55,429 nucleotides of DNA from Octopus bimaculoides (lineage: Eukaryota), in contig NC_068983.1 of assembly GCF_001194135.2 (NCBI RefSeq), positions 60,794,557 through 60,849,985 of the forward strand, given 5' to 3'. Of the stretch, positions 1 to 12,768 are shown one piece after another. The position numbers and the translations under genes were made by a program. Position 1 is the stretch's first letter. Each line of letters begins with the position of its first letter. Under the pieces are notes generated by a model, which saw only the letters and a program-made list of their open reading frames with translations, did not search any database and was not told the DNA's origin.

Positions 1-13
1 ATAAAATTAAAAA

Positions 14-99
<86 letters not shown>

Positions 100-158
100 T
101 GTGTTTTAATGTTAAGAATGGTTGAGATGTGAAGGCAGTTTTATTATATAAATATGGT

Positions 159-381
159 AAGGTGGCGACCTGGCAGAATCGTTAGCACGCCGGGCGAAAT
201 ACCCCTAAGCATTTCGCCCGTCGTTACGTTTTCTGAGTTCAAATTCCGTCGAGGTCGACTTTGCCTCTCATTCCTTCAGGGTCGATAGATTATGTACCGG
301 TGAAGCACTGGGGTCGATGCAATCGACTAGTCCCCACCCCGCCCAAATTTCAGACCTTGTGCCTTCAGTAGAAAGGATTAT
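159..381 (+). mobile_element. tRNA-derived SINE, family A
   Basis: Seen: A-box-like TGGCAGAATCGTTAG, B-box-like GAGTTCAAATTCC, body GTCGACTTTGCC...GGGGTCGATGCAATCGACT, tail GTAGAAAGGATTAT. More than 12 related copies in the window. Confidence 0.85.
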
Positions 382-1630
382 ATGAATATGTTCTTCCACA
401 TTCTGAGTTCAAAACCCTGCTTTTTAGAAAGTTGTTTCAATCAAAAAAAGGTTAATAAAAATAACAGAAGTGAAAATCATGCAAGATTTAGTTATGTATC
501 GAGTACAAATCACGCTTTGGCTAATTTTCCTGTAAAATAACTAACAGTACGCCAGGTTAATTTACAGCTAAACTGTTACCTTAAGCGTCCCTCTGAAATC
601 AATATTCTCTTTGTAACGAACTCTAAGTGACGCGAATCATATACATGTGGACTATTATTGCTTATTGGGAAAGCTTCGAGTTCCTTAGAATATAGGACTT
701 TTCACGAATTGGATTGAAATCAATAATTTACTTATAAACGGTTGCTTTTCCAACTTGAAAAAGAAACTCCTCGAGACAGGCAGTTCTGTTTTTATTAGAT
801 CGCAGTCAATATTATTTATACTATTTTTCTATTTTCCTGACGTCCCGGAAAACAGTTATATACGTTTATTGTACTTCTGTACTACTAACTCCCGTATTTA
901 TCAATGTTAAGTTTAAATATTAAAGTATTTACGTGTTTTAACAAAGTTTATATATTTACAAAAGACTGTGTACAGAGACAAAAACAAAATTAATAATTGG
1001 TTTATATAATTTAAATATCATGTCTTTCTTGAGATTTGAAGTGAAACATTTCACCATTTTGGAGGTTATGAAACAATTTCCGGTTCGTTGCTCCAACAAA
1101 GTACATACTTTTTTTTATGTCTTTATATCATACGAGTTTCCTCTGTGTCTAAAACATCGATAATATTTTGTGTTTGTCAGAATCTTTACCTCGATATTTC
1201 TGTAAGAAGATAAAAACGCTACAGCGAACACGCAGACGTGCTGACGGACGCTGTGAATCTAAATTTATAGATACTCGGTATTGTTCTGTTGGCTTTCTTT
1301 GCCAGTATAAAATCAAAGAAATTTCCAGTAATTAATATATTTTCATGAAGGACACAGAAGACGTTGTGGTGTTCATACTTTTTCTAAAGGCACCATTAAC
1401 AAAAATGAAAGTTAATAGCTTCTACTAAAAATTGTAATTGGGTTGCGGGATCGATTGTCGATGCTTTTTTTTCTCAATAATATGCTGATGTATAGAGGTA
1501 TCGATATATCAGTAGTCAACCATATCGAGTCTACAAGAGAAGAAGTGAAAGTTTTTGTATTTCACAAAATCATGACGTGACATGAAATAGTACAAATGGC
1601 AATGGAACAAAGACTCTTCAAACATAGTCC

Positions 1631-1689
1631 ATTATTATTATTATTATCATTATTATTATCATTATTATTATTATCATTATTATTATTAA

Positions 1690-1753
<64 letters not shown>

Positions 1754-1765
1754 GTTATTATTATT
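1631..1765. repeat. (TTA)n microsatellite directly 5' of a SINE A
   Basis: Seen directly. It produces the spurious poly-N and poly-L ORFs. Confidence 0.95.
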
Positions 1766-1992
1766 AAGGCGGCGAGCGGATGGAGTCGTTAGCACGCCAA
1801 GCAAAACGCTTAGCGGCATTTCGTCCGTCTTTATATTTTGAGGTCAAATTCCGCCAAGGTCGACTTTGCCTTTTATCCTTGCAGGGTCGATAAAATAAGT
1901 GCCAGTCGAGCACTGGGGTCGATGCAATCGACTTCCCCCTCCCTCTCCCCCGAAATTGCTGGCCTTGTGCCAAAATTTGAAACCAGTATTAT
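1766..1992 (+). mobile_element. SINE family A
   Basis: Seen: homologous to 159-381, ends ...GAAACCAGTATTAT. Confidence 0.85.
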
Positions 1993-2921
1993 GGCTTATT
2001 CACTGATTNNNNNNNNNNNNNNNNNNNNNNNNNNNNNNNNNNNNNNNNNNNNNNNNNNNNNNNNNNNNNNNNNNNNNNNNNNNNNNNNNNNNNNNNNNNN
2101 NNNNNNNNNNNNNNNNNNNNNNNNNNNNNNNNNNNNNNNNNNNNNNNNNNNNNNNNNNNNNNNNNNNNNNNNNNNNNNNNNNNNNNNNNNNNNNNNNNNN
2201 NNNNNNNNNNNNNNNNNNNNNNNNNNNNNNNNNNNNNNNNNNNNNNNNNNNNNNNNNNNNNNNNNNNNNNNNNNNNNNNNNNNNNNNNNNNNNNNNNNNN
2301 NNNNNNNNNNNNNNNNNNNNNNNNNNNNNNNNNNNNNNNNNNNNNNNNNNNNNNNNNNNNNNNNNNNNNNNNNNNNNNNNNNNNNNNNNNNNNNNNNNNN
2401 NNNNNNNNNNNNNNNNNNNNNNNNNNNNNNNNNNNNNNNNNNNNNNNNNNNNNNNNNNNNNNNNNNNNNNNNNNNNNNNNNNNNNNNNNNNNNNNNNNNN
2501 NNNNNNNNNNNNNNNNNNNNNNNNNNNNNNNNNNNNNNNNNNNNNNNNNNNNNNNNNNNNNNNNNNNNNNNNNNNNNNNNNNNNNNNNNNNNNNNNNNNN
2601 NNNNNNNNNNNNNNNNNNNNNNNNNNNNNNNNNNNNNNNNNNNNNNNNNNNNNNNNNTGGTGCAAGTATTGTACGGTTGAAAAATGACTTCTATGTTGTC
2701 ATATTACTCCAGGAAACCTTTTAAGATTATTTTTGCAGGCTGACAAGTATATCCCTTTCTTCCAAGGCAGTCATTGACAGCGCCCAAGCTTATCAGACCA
2801 CCAGCTTCTGCAGATGACACTGTACTCTATCTCATCACTGCATCTTTTCTATGCTTCATTGTTGTTGAAATACACACTTAAGATGGAATATCATACCAGT
2901 TATGTGACGGTAACGTTCTCG

Positions 2922-3276
2922 GACAACAAACCACAGAGTGGCGGAGTCGGAGACCTGCAAAATCTTGTGGGATTTCCTAATCCAAACGGACCAGGTGCTT
3001 GAGCACAACAAACCAGACCTAATGGTGCTGGACAAGGTGAACTACATGTGTTCTATAATTGATGTTTCGTGTTCCTTTGACCCACGAATAACCAAAAAGC
3101 AAAGTGAGAAAACGGACATAAACAATTCTCCTAAATATGAGATAGTTCTACTGTGGAAAATGAAGAAGGTGAAGATAGCGCCAATTATCGTTGGGTCTTT
3201 GGTACGGCCAGGATCGTCAGGAAAGTATTAGAGAGTTGAAAAGAACAGACAGCATGATAACGTAGGCTGCAGGTAA
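2922..3276 (+). pseudogene. R4/Dong-clade non-LTR retrotransposon, RLE endonuclease C-terminus
   Basis: Seen: KILWDFLIQTD...NKPDLMVLDK...IIDV (PD..D RLE motif), then after a frameshift GTARIVRKVLES* (stop 3237-3239). Established: this is the typical R4/Dong/Rex6 C-terminus. Confidence 0.85.
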
Positions 3277-3672
3277 CAAGCCCGCTACGCATACAAGAAT
3301 CCAAGAGTTCCAACAAAACCTGAAGTCAAAGCTGAATTTTTAAAAAATATTATTGAAGTAATAAATGCAAGAGCTGTACCTGTAATTAGATATGGAGTTG
3401 GAATTGTTGACTGGACCAAAGACGACATACAGAAACTTGACATGAAAACTAGAATGCTGTTGAAAATGTATGGAGCCGACCATCCGAAAACTGATATCAA
3501 CCGGTTGTACTTGAAGAGAGACCAGGGTGGAAGAGGCTTAATTGCTGTGGAAGAGTGTGTGCAGACGGAAGAAGAAAGCCTACTAAAATATTTAACACCA
3601 TGCCAAGACACACAAGAGAAAGATATAATAGCATCCAATTTGTTCCTGATGAATATCTCCAATAAATTCTAG
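3277..3672 (+). pseudogene. R4/Dong-clade RT thumb fragment
   Basis: Seen: INARAVPVIRYGVGIVDWT...LDMKTRMLLKMYGADHPKTDINRLYLKRDQGGRGL, which matches the conserved HPK-D--RLY--R--GGRGL block. Confidence 0.85.
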
Positions 3673-3835
3673 ATAACCACCTACACTCGAATACATCTCT
3701 GCAAACAATAACTCTTAAGTTGAATAGACTATGGCGACAAAAGAATGGCTGTAAAATAAAACAATATTAAATGTCTTTTCCCAGTGCTGCTAATCATGCA
3801 CAAATCTGGCCGCCAAAACATATCTATGTATCTAA

Positions 3836-3880
<45 letters not shown>

Positions 3881-3884
<4 letters not shown>

Positions 3885-4620
3885 GCGGTGAATATATTGT
3901 CGTCTGAATTGCGTAAAAATGAAAATAACACTGACATCTCATTTTAACTGCTATATTTATCAAGTTTATATAAAACTATCTTGAAAATATAAAGGGTAAA
4001 TTTATTCAATAAAACCGCCATTGGCTTCAACCACGGCCTCCAGACAACTTTGGAATCTCCTGTAATTCTTCTGGACAGTCTCCTTGTTTAAGTCGGTGAA
4101 TGCTACCATAATCCATGTCTTCAGTTCATCTTTGGAGTTATAAAGAGTCTTGTTGGTCTTTCGCTTAACTGTCCGCCACACATAATAATCAAGATGTTAT
4201 GGATGATCGCAGAAATTGTCTGACAGCCATGACTGGTTTCTCCTGCTTGTGTGACATGGTGCAAAGTCCTGTTGCCAGACATAGGGTTTTCAAGCAGTCA
4301 CATTTTTGACCCAGGGCAGCACTACCTCCTCCAGGCACTTGGTGTAGATCTCCGAGTTGAGTCTGAGGCCGTGTGGGAAGATGAATGGAGGAATAATGTC
4401 ACCATTACCAGTGATCACACCAAACACCATGATGTTGACTGGATGTTTGATTTTTATCAAACCCAGGTACATATTTTGGGGACGCGACAAACCAGCGGTT
4501 GTTCTGTGTGTTCACCATCTGTTCGTATTGGAGCTTCCGGCGCGAACGCCAAGCAGTACAGCATGTCGTTTCCAAATTTCATTACGTATAATTCCTTTAT
4601 TAGAGCAAATTTGGCTTAGA
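3881..4620 (-). mobile_element. Tc1/mariner (maT/rosa-like) transposon, internally deleted
   Basis: Seen on minus: KRHAVLLGVRAG N-terminus joined to KHPVNIMVFGVIT...PYVWQQDFAPCHT...DYYVW...LEAVVEANGGFIE* (stop 4002-4004). The terminus GGGTGCGGTG abuts a (TA)n tract. Subfamily is inferred. Confidence 0.8.
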
Positions 4621-5423
4621 GCTGTTTCCAGTAGTCATTATAGGTACATTACTGATCGGTTTACTCAGTCGGTCTATTGAGGCAAATTGAACGACTTAAG
4701 AAAATCAATGCCACTTTCGTCAGAGCCATTGCTGGAAATAAAAAGCAGAGTACTTGAAGAACGGCCATGGTATGGATGAGGTGGGAGAAGTTTGGGATGT
4801 TTAAGTAGAATAGGTGAAGGCAGGTTACAAGGGGGTGAAGGTAATTGAGAGAGTGGTACTAAGTAGAAGTAGCAGTAGTAGTANNNNNNNNNNNNNNNNN
4901 NNNNNNNNNNNNNNNNNNNNNNNNNNNNNNNNNNNNNNNNNNNNNNNNNNNNNNNNNNNNNNNNNNNNNNNNNNNNNNNNNNNNNNNNNNNNNNNNNNNN
5001 NNNNNNNNNNNNNNNNNNNNNNNNNNNNNNNNNNNNNNNNNNNNNNNNNNNNNNNNNNNNNNNNNNNNNNNNNNNNNNNNNNNNNNNNNNNNNNNNNNNN
5101 NNNNNNNNNNNNNNNNNNNNNNNNNNNNNNNNNNNNNNNNNNNNNNNNNNNNNNNNNNNNNNNNNNNNNNNNNNNNNNNNNNNNNNNNNNNNNNNNNNNN
5201 NNNNNNNNNNNNNNNNNNNNNNNNNNNNNNNNNNNNNNNNNNNNNNNNNNNNNNNNNNNNNNNNNNNNNNNNNNNNNNNNNNNNNNNNNNNNNNNNNNNN
5301 NNNNNNNNNNNNNNNNNNNNNNNNNNNNNNNNNNNNNNNNNNNNNNNNNNNNNNNNNNNNNNNNNNNNNNNNNNNNNNNNNNNNNNNNNNNNNNNNNNNN
5401 NNNNTGTGTGTGTGTGTGTGTTT

Positions 5424-5610
5424 GGAGGCACAATGGCCCAGTAGTTAGGGGCAGCGGACTCGCGGTCGTACGAGCGCGGTTTCGTTGTGAGTGTTTATTG
5501 AGCGAAAATACCTAAAGCTCCACGAGGCTCCAGCAGGGGTTGGTGACGAACCCTGCCGTACTCTTACACCACAACTTTCTCTCAAACTTTCTTCCTGTTT
5601 CTGTTGTACC
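5424..5610 (+). mobile_element. SINE family B, 5' part
   Basis: Seen: GGAGGCACAATGGCCCAGTAGTTAGG head; homologous to 20716-21096, 21597-21980 and 42573-42930. Confidence 0.8.
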
Positions 5611-5695
5611 ATCCAGGTGGGGGAATATCAAACGCTAACGAAACCGGGGAACCGGCCCTCATAAGCCTGGCATGGCTCGAGAAGGCTACATTTCT
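5611..5695 (+). mobile_element. SINE family C, 3' tail fragment
   Basis: Seen: GAAACCGGGGAACCGGCCCTCATAAGCCTGGCATGGCTCGAGAAGG, matching the 3' end of 44243-44494. Confidence 0.7.
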
Positions 5696-6025
5696 TCTTT
5701 TCTTTTATTTTTATTCATCAATATCGATATATTTCATTTTTACTCCTCCATATAATCATATATGCGTTTGCACACTTTTACACATACATTTTGCATGATT
5801 GTTGTCCATCTATACATATTTCCTCTGAGCCTTCTTATTTTATTTTCATATGAACCATTTTCTAATTTTCAAATGCTTTATATTTTAAAAAGTATTAATA
5901 TAATATATTTTTTATGTCTATTAATACATTTTATGTATGCGTTTATATATTCCCAAGCAATTTGTTTTTCATTTTGTGCGTAGTTCTTATATTTTTTACG
6001 CACCAACTTTTTTTTTTTGGTTTTC

Positions 6026-6058
<33 letters not shown>

Positions 6059-6566
6059 TTCTTTATACATTTTAGTATTTACAGTATTTCTATGTCTATG
6101 GCTGTAAATTGATTATCTTAACTGTGACGCCAAATTGCGTATTTTCTAGTTTTCGTTCTGTTCGACTTGTCTTTATTTCCTCGACGCCAAAGTGTTGATT
6201 TTATTGCCCTGTTTCTAAACCTTCTTACCTCCCCTGTTCGTTTTTGCTGTCTCCACTGCCCTTTCCTTCTATACCTAGATTCTTTCTCCCTTAGTTAATT
6301 CACATCTGTAAACACTTCCTGCGTTCCCCAATCAAATAATGTCTCCCTGTTGACAATGAATCTCATTGGTTATTTGGCTTGCTATTTGCACCTTCTATTT
6401 TATTGTGGTGAATCATTGCACCTACTATTTTTATTATTAGTGAATTCTTCACTCTTCCCCTTGTAGTGAGACAAACAACCGCTGTTAATTAGATCTGAGG
6501 AAAAGCTAAACGGAGTTTTTATGTTACAAGTTATGTAAAACGTGTTAAATTTAGCATGGAAACATA

Positions 6567-7052
6567 CCATAAATCCTCGAGTATAGTCCGCCCTTGAGTA
6601 TAATACGCAGGGGATTTTTAGGGGGCTGTAACTCCTAAACCTTGTGTATAATACGCACCCCTTCTCTAACTTGAGTCAATGAGGTCTATATAACGTCTTT
6701 GGTTTGTAAACCTATATACGGTAACGTCCTTTATTATTATTGTATATATAACATAATGCAAACGTGTAGCTTTTTTGTGCACTTTGCAGAAAATAAAGAA
6801 ATAACAGTAATATCGTNNNNNNNNNNAATGCAAACGTGTAGCTTTTTTGTGCACTTTGCAGAAAATAAAGAAATAACAGTAATATCGTCAGTGAAAAATA
6901 AATATTAAGTAAATTGCCTTTACATATTTATCACTTAGAAAATTTTGCTTAGAAAATATTTTTCATTTTTAACCTCGTATATAGTACGCACTAGGGATTT
7001 TGACCCTTAATTTTTTGGGGGAAAAAGTGCGGATTATACTCGAGGATTTACG
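6567..7052. mobile_element. MITE with ~25-bp TIRs and TA target site (Tc1/mariner-pogo superfamily)
   Basis: Seen: TA|CCATAAATCCTCGAGTATAGTCCGC ... GCGGATTATACTCGAGGATTTACG|TA, with repeated subterminal GTATAATACGCA motifs. Confidence 0.8.
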
Positions 7053-7109
7053 TATGCAGTTTTGTTTTACTTTTTCTATTGCATACACTCTTTGATTTAC
7101 ATATATATA

Positions 7110-7417
7110 GCCTAGTGGTTAGGGTGTTGCACTCACGATCGCTAGATCGAGGGTTCAAATCCCGGATCGAGCAGCGCGTTTTGTTCTTGAGTAAAACACA
7201 CCATTTCACCTTGCTCCAGTCTACTCGGCTGTAAAGGGTAACCCTGTGATGGACTAAACTTCCGATCGGAGCGTGTGTGTGTGCATGGATAATTGTTGGT
7301 TTGCTCGCCTAACTAGCGGGGTGAAATCATTCGAAAGCTAAAATGATACAAAGCGGATTGTGACCAACGATGTATAACAACAGACGATAGTCTGGTCGTT
7401 TACGTGATCACGTGATA
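7110..7417 (+). mobile_element. SINE family C (tRNA head + CORE/Meta-like central domain)
   Basis: Seen: CCTAGTGGTTAGG A-box, GGTTCAAATCCC B-box, TTGTTCTTGAGTAAAACAC...TTGCTCCAG and AACCCTGTGATGGACT. Domain naming is inferred. Confidence 0.7.
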
Positions 7418-7633
7418 TATTTATGTATGTATATAGTGTGTGTGTGTGTGTGTGGCTGTCTATATGTATGTTCTCTTCTAGTAATTGCTTCAACGATATA
7501 TTTTAGAGGGAAAAATAATATTTTAGGTGCTTTCAATGTAACGTAAAGTAACGCGAGTTTTAAACTGAAAGACATGAATAAAGACTAAACCAATATAGCG
7601 AAAATCCTAGATTGAATATGGTTAATAAAGAAT

Positions 7634-7777
7634 CTATTCTACTCTGGGCACAAGGCCCGAAGTTTTGGGGGAGGGGTGACCAGTCGATTCGATCGACCCC
7701 GGTACGCAACTGGTACTTAATTTATCGACCCCGAAAGGATGAAAGGCAAAGTCGACCTCGGCGGAATTTGAACTCGG
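7634..7777 (-). mobile_element. 5'-truncated SINE A with 16-bp target-site duplication
   Basis: Seen: ATGGTTAATAAAGAAT at both 7618-7633 and 7778-7793. Confidence 0.9.
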
Positions 7778-7909
7778 ATGGTTAATAAAGAATATATAAG
7801 GAGTTGTACGGAAATATAAGTTAGTAACGTGCCGTACCAAGTGTACAAGAAAGAAGCTTTGGGGGAAAATTTGGAATAAAGAAAAAAAAATTAATACGAA
7901 GTGAATGGT

Positions 7910-9050
7910 TAAAGTCATTTGGAAATGGTATGAAAATCCTTAAGCATGAAAATGAATACATTTTACACGTGGTATAATAAAATCGTCATTTGAAGAACTT
8001 CACCCCTTGCTAGTGTTCAAGCATGCTGGTTAAAACATTCAAATTGTCGCATGAGAGAATATTTGTGGAACAGAATCAGCTGTCAGAAGAAGATGCCCGC
8101 GTGAATGAAACACGAATCAAAGGGAAAATGTGTTGATAATTGTCGCTCATTGACGTTCCTTTGATGGGAAAGCTGTTGACTTAATTTTGCAGTTAATATG
8201 TACTTATTAAAGCTGAAAATTTATTGGTAGAGAAATAAATGGACTGTCATAGATAAAGCATTGGGACTAAAAATCAACATTAGAACTTGGCTGTGGCCAG
8301 AATAGATTACGGAAAAGTATTTGATTTGGTTCTTCATTCGTGGATAAAAGAACGCTCCAAGTTATTTGGAGTGGAAAACTTTCACTGGCTCCATTGGATA
8401 CAAAGCTATTAATGAGAACTCAAATCATCAAATAAGTTAGAGGGAGAGGTTGAAATAGAGAGGAGTCTGCCAAGGAGACAGTTTATGATCTCTATTATTC
8501 GTTGTGGATATGATACTCTTAACGCCGATTTTACGAAAAGCTGCAGTTGATTATATCTTCGAAAATAGTCCAAAATAAACCATCCCCTATTCAAGGAACC
8601 TCTTAATACGAAAGGAAAGAGCGAATGTCAGAGTTGTAATTCATATATTTAGCATAGATACGGAGGAAGGTTTCGGAGAAGAAGCACGGATTTTGATTTT
8701 ACGGAGTAGAAAAGTTGTCATGTGAGATTATTACCAGATGAGCAAGTAATTAAAGAGATTGGAACAGTGAATAGAAATGTAAATATATAGTCGAAATGGA
8801 AACAAATATAAGTTCAAGGAAAAAAAAATGAAAAAGAAATTTGAAAAATAATATTCTATAAGGTTAAAGTTGGATTTAGAGCAACTTGAACGGGAAAAAA
8901 AGCTACATGATAACAAATAAAGATGCGAGTTGTTTTGATGTTGCACGGAGCTGGGATTATCAAATAAAGCAAAGAATAGATTAGGAGAATGTTAGAAACT
9001 AGCTCCTTCTTCAGAGGAAGAATTTAAATGATTAAAAACAGAAGAGAAAG
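7910..9050 (+). pseudogene. Heavily decayed R4/Dong-clade RT domain
   Basis: Seen across frames: NLAVARIDYGKVFDLVLHSWI, RGVCQGDSL*SLLFVVDMILLTPILRK, HGAGII. Many stops and frameshifts. Confidence 0.75.
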
Positions 9051-11301
9051 ATACATGCATGCATGCATTGCTGCATACATACATACGTACATACATACAT
9101 ACGTACATACATACATACATAAAATATTTATATATATATATATATATATATNNNNNNNNNNNNNNNNNNNNNNNNNNNNTATATATATTCATGTTAAGTA
9201 TTCTTTACTTTGTACATAATACGATTTGAAAACAGTATAATTATATATTCCACATACATCTAAAATACAGTTTTATGATGGTACGTTATTGACTACTAAT
9301 AAATATACGGTGTGAAAAGACCTATCACTCTTTTTAAGCATCCTTCGCTAATTACGTAAAATCTGCTGTGGCCATGAAAATGTAAATGATTTGAAGTGAA
9401 TCGAAGCCATATATTGTGAATGCGACCTAGAAAAGTAAGGCAGTCTTTTGTGTAGTTTTTGTCTGTTTCTATGCAGGAACCGAGACAAATGAAAGAAAAC
9501 ATGCCAAATATTCGTGATTAGAAAAACACCGTTGAAAATGTCATTGTGTTTTCGTATCTTTGATAAATATTTCGCTGGAGATATCTTTCGCAAATTTCCG
9601 CCTCATCATTTCGTTAGTCGTCGCCCACTCTAATTTTCTCTTCTATTTATCTTTCTACAGCTTCCTCCCGCTATCGTTTCTATTTCTTCGTATTATTTAT
9701 GGCCATTTTCTGTTGCTCGTTTATTGATTTGTTGCCGTTAGCGGCAAACGTTAGCTTTTTAATAATTCAGTAATACAAAAAAATAGCAAGATAACTACAA
9801 ACGAAGACTATTGTGTTTCCTAAAAAACCAATTGAGGAAATTATCAAGTTGGGATGTAATGTAATACATTTATATATATATACACATTATTTCTTCAAAG
9901 GAGGAACGAATTTCTTCTGGATAAAGTGTGTCGTCATCCAACGTTTAAAATATGTCACTACAGTTTTTATTTAGAAAATGATTTTAGTTGTTGATATTAA
10001 TATATATCTGTCGTCTGTTGCACCTTGGTTTATATAGTAAACCTATAATTTGTCGATGTCTTACAAAAGCAGACGAAATTTCAGCAGTTAATTTATTTCA
10101 AACAAACCAGACATGAATAAATAATTGTAAACGAACATTTCCAATGTCTAAGTAGTTTCAATAGCAAACCTTGTAACTATGAAACCATAACATCAGAATA
10201 ATTCCTTAGATATTTAGCTCTTTGAATGTTTTATCGATTATGGAAAATTCGTCGATATAAATATAGCATTCAACCGTCTGTGAGTAAGACGTTAATGTCA
10301 ATCAGTCGGAAATAGACGAGATTATTTTGACTTTATCACTAAATTTTGCTTCAACGATATAACATTACTGAATCTCAACAAAATAGCCGTGAAAATGTTG
10401 GGATTAAATCCCCAACCTGAAAGAAAACTTGTCGGCCCATTAATTTCTCAAAACCCAACGTTCTGGATGGATCTTCATAAATTCTGTTTGGAAATTCAAA
10501 ATCTCTTCTTAAAATACAATTTTATTCCATTTCGATTATCTCGTTAGAAAATCCGCAACAATAAAGCAGAACAATTAACTCCGGCAGGTTTCTTTTTGAA
10601 ATAAAATATTTGAAGAGAAAATGCATTTGAAGGTTAAATAGATTATCAAAGTTAATTTGTAACGTTTTCATCAAAATTTCCTCCAACCTGGCTGACGTGG
10701 TCTACATGTTTAAGAGATTATTGATCTACATGTTTAAGAGATTATCGATCTCAGAGTTTACAATATTTCAGGGAAGAAAATGTTGAAATATTTCATTACT
10801 TGAATGATTTCATTTGTGACAAAACACAACGAAACATCACGTCACCATATTTATATTGTACAGCAAAGAAGAGACGGGGAACATAGGACTTCTCATTTTC
10901 TATTTCGTGGCACATTGGGAAACCAAATGTGGAATTACAAATTTCACACGGAAAATATATTTTAAAATTAATAATTTAGCAAAAAATATTCCAAACGACT
11001 GCTTTCCTTGTTTTGTTAATTGTACTTGAGGATAACAAAATTGTAATTAACGCGTTTTCAAGACTCTCAACATCGATTAGTATGGATTATCTTAAATTAC
11101 ACTTCAAAAAATCCACAGCGTACCTGGACACCATTTACGACCACCGTGTGGCAGCTACTAAGGAAAGAACAGCATTCAGTTGCCCACCTCTAGGAATCCA
11201 TAGCGATCTCCTTGAAATCGTTAAATCAAATACCAATAATATATCAGGCTCGATTCTATGAATTCTGTCCCGCTCGTACAATTTTTACATTTATAAAAAG
11301 A

Positions 11302-11684
11302 CGCAGGAGTGGCTGTGTGGTAAGAAGCTTGCTTCCCAACCACATGGTTCTGGGTTCAGGCCCATTGTGTGGCACCTTAGGTAGGTGTCTTCTACTATAG
11401 CCTCGGGCTGACCAAAGCCTTGTCAGTGGATTTTGTAGATGGAAACTGGAAGAAGTCCGTCGTATGTGTGTGTGTGTGTTTGTGTGTCTGTATCCCCCCA
11501 CTATCGCTTGACAACCGATGTTGGTGTGTTTACGTCCCCGTAACTTAGCGGTTCGGCAAATAGAGACCAATAGAATAAGTACTAGGCTTGCAAAGAATAA
11601 CTCCTGGGGTCGATTTGTTCGACTAAAGGTGGCGCTCCAGCATGGCCGCAGTCAAATGACTGAAACAAGTAAAAGAGTAAAAGA
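11302..11684 (+). mobile_element. SINE family D (tRNA head, internal microsatellite, AAAAGA tail), full length
   Basis: Seen: GGAGTGGCTGTGTGGTAAG head, GGTTCAGGCC B-box-like, internal (GT)n, tail GACTGAAACAAGTAAAAGAGTAAAAGA. More than 10 copies in the window. Confidence 0.85.
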
Positions 11685-11932
11685 CTAAGCGTATGTAAAA
11701 TAACTATATTTTACGTTTTACCATCATTTCATGGAAAAAGTTGGGATAGAAATTAGACCCTGTAAGGATTAGCCTCTGCTAACAAATATCTGAGAACAGA
11801 ATTTCGTGTTGGGGAAATTATAAAAGAAAAACAACCTAAATATGTAAAGTCTTCTGGTAAACAAGCTAGTAAAAGGATTTCAGTTTTCTCTTCCAATTAA
11901 TTTCTCGAATCGAGATGTTGGGCAATGTTTCA

Positions 11933-12307
11933 ATATCCTTTGCTACTCTAGGCCCAAGGACCGAAATTTTCGGGGAGGGGGCCAGTCGATTAGATCAACT
12001 CCAGTACGCAACTGGTACTTATTGACTCCGAAAGGATGAAAGGCAAAAAATTGACCTCGGCGGAATTTGATCTCAAAGCGTAAAGGTAGACGATTTTGCG
12101 TGCTAACGATTCTTACTTCTTTATTGCCCACAAGGGACTAAACATAGTGGGGACAAACAAGTGCGTAACTGGTACTTAATTTATCGACCCCGAAAGGATG
12201 AAAGGCAAAGTCGACCTCAGTGGAATTTGAGCTTAGAACGTAAAGACAGATAAAATACCGTTAAGCATTTCGCCTGGCGTGCTAACGATTCTGCCAGCTC
12301 GCCGCCC
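11933..12307 (-). mobile_element. Dimeric SINE A (A2 unit fused to A1 unit)
   Basis: Seen: two A bodies in tandem joined at about 12110, with the same junction as at about 47123. Confidence 0.8.
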
Positions 12308-12456
12308 TGGTAATGCTTCAATATTGAAACACAAAAATCCACGATCAAAGTTTTGGTTTACTTAAAAGAAACGTCGAGATATTCTTCTTTAAACTTCGTG
12401 AGAATTATTCTGAATATGTATCACACAAAAGAACATGTTTTTCTTTTATTTTCCAG

Positions 12457-12534
12457 AATTCTGTTCCTGTTGCACTTCGAGTCAACGGCCGTACAGGAAA
12501 GACCAACTTCTGTGTGAACTAAAGTGACGATATG
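12457..12534 (+). other. Candidate spliced exon of an unidentified host transcript
   Basis: Seen: strong acceptor TTTTTCTTTTATTTTCCAG| and donor ATG|GTTAGG in non-repeat sequence. No homology recognised. Confidence 0.25.
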
Positions 12535-12584
12535 GTTAGGTTTCTGGATATAGATAATTCATATCGAACACATAGCTTTATATT

Positions 12585-12732
12585 TTATTTGTTTCAGCCA
12601 TTAGACTACCGCCATGCTGGAGCACTGAACTGCTCAATTACCGGGACGTAAACCCATCAACACCGGTTATCAAGCGGTAGTGTGGGACAAACACAAACAC
12701 ATACTCTCATACATACATACACACACACACAC

Positions 12733-12768
<36 letters not shown>

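Noticed and set aside
159-240. tRNA-like A/B boxes here and in about 30 other places
   Set aside because: There is no complete cloverleaf or acceptor stem, and each continues into a SINE body, so these are SINE heads, not tRNA genes.
6755-6888. Exact 62-bp direct repeat (6755-6816 and 6827-6888)
   Set aside because: It straddles a 10-N gap, the typical signature of an unmerged contig overlap.
11013-11261. 82-aa plus-strand ORF, and a possible minus-strand micro-exon (CAG|GTACGC near 11125)
   Set aside because: There is no homology, and the longer exon versions have stops in all frames.
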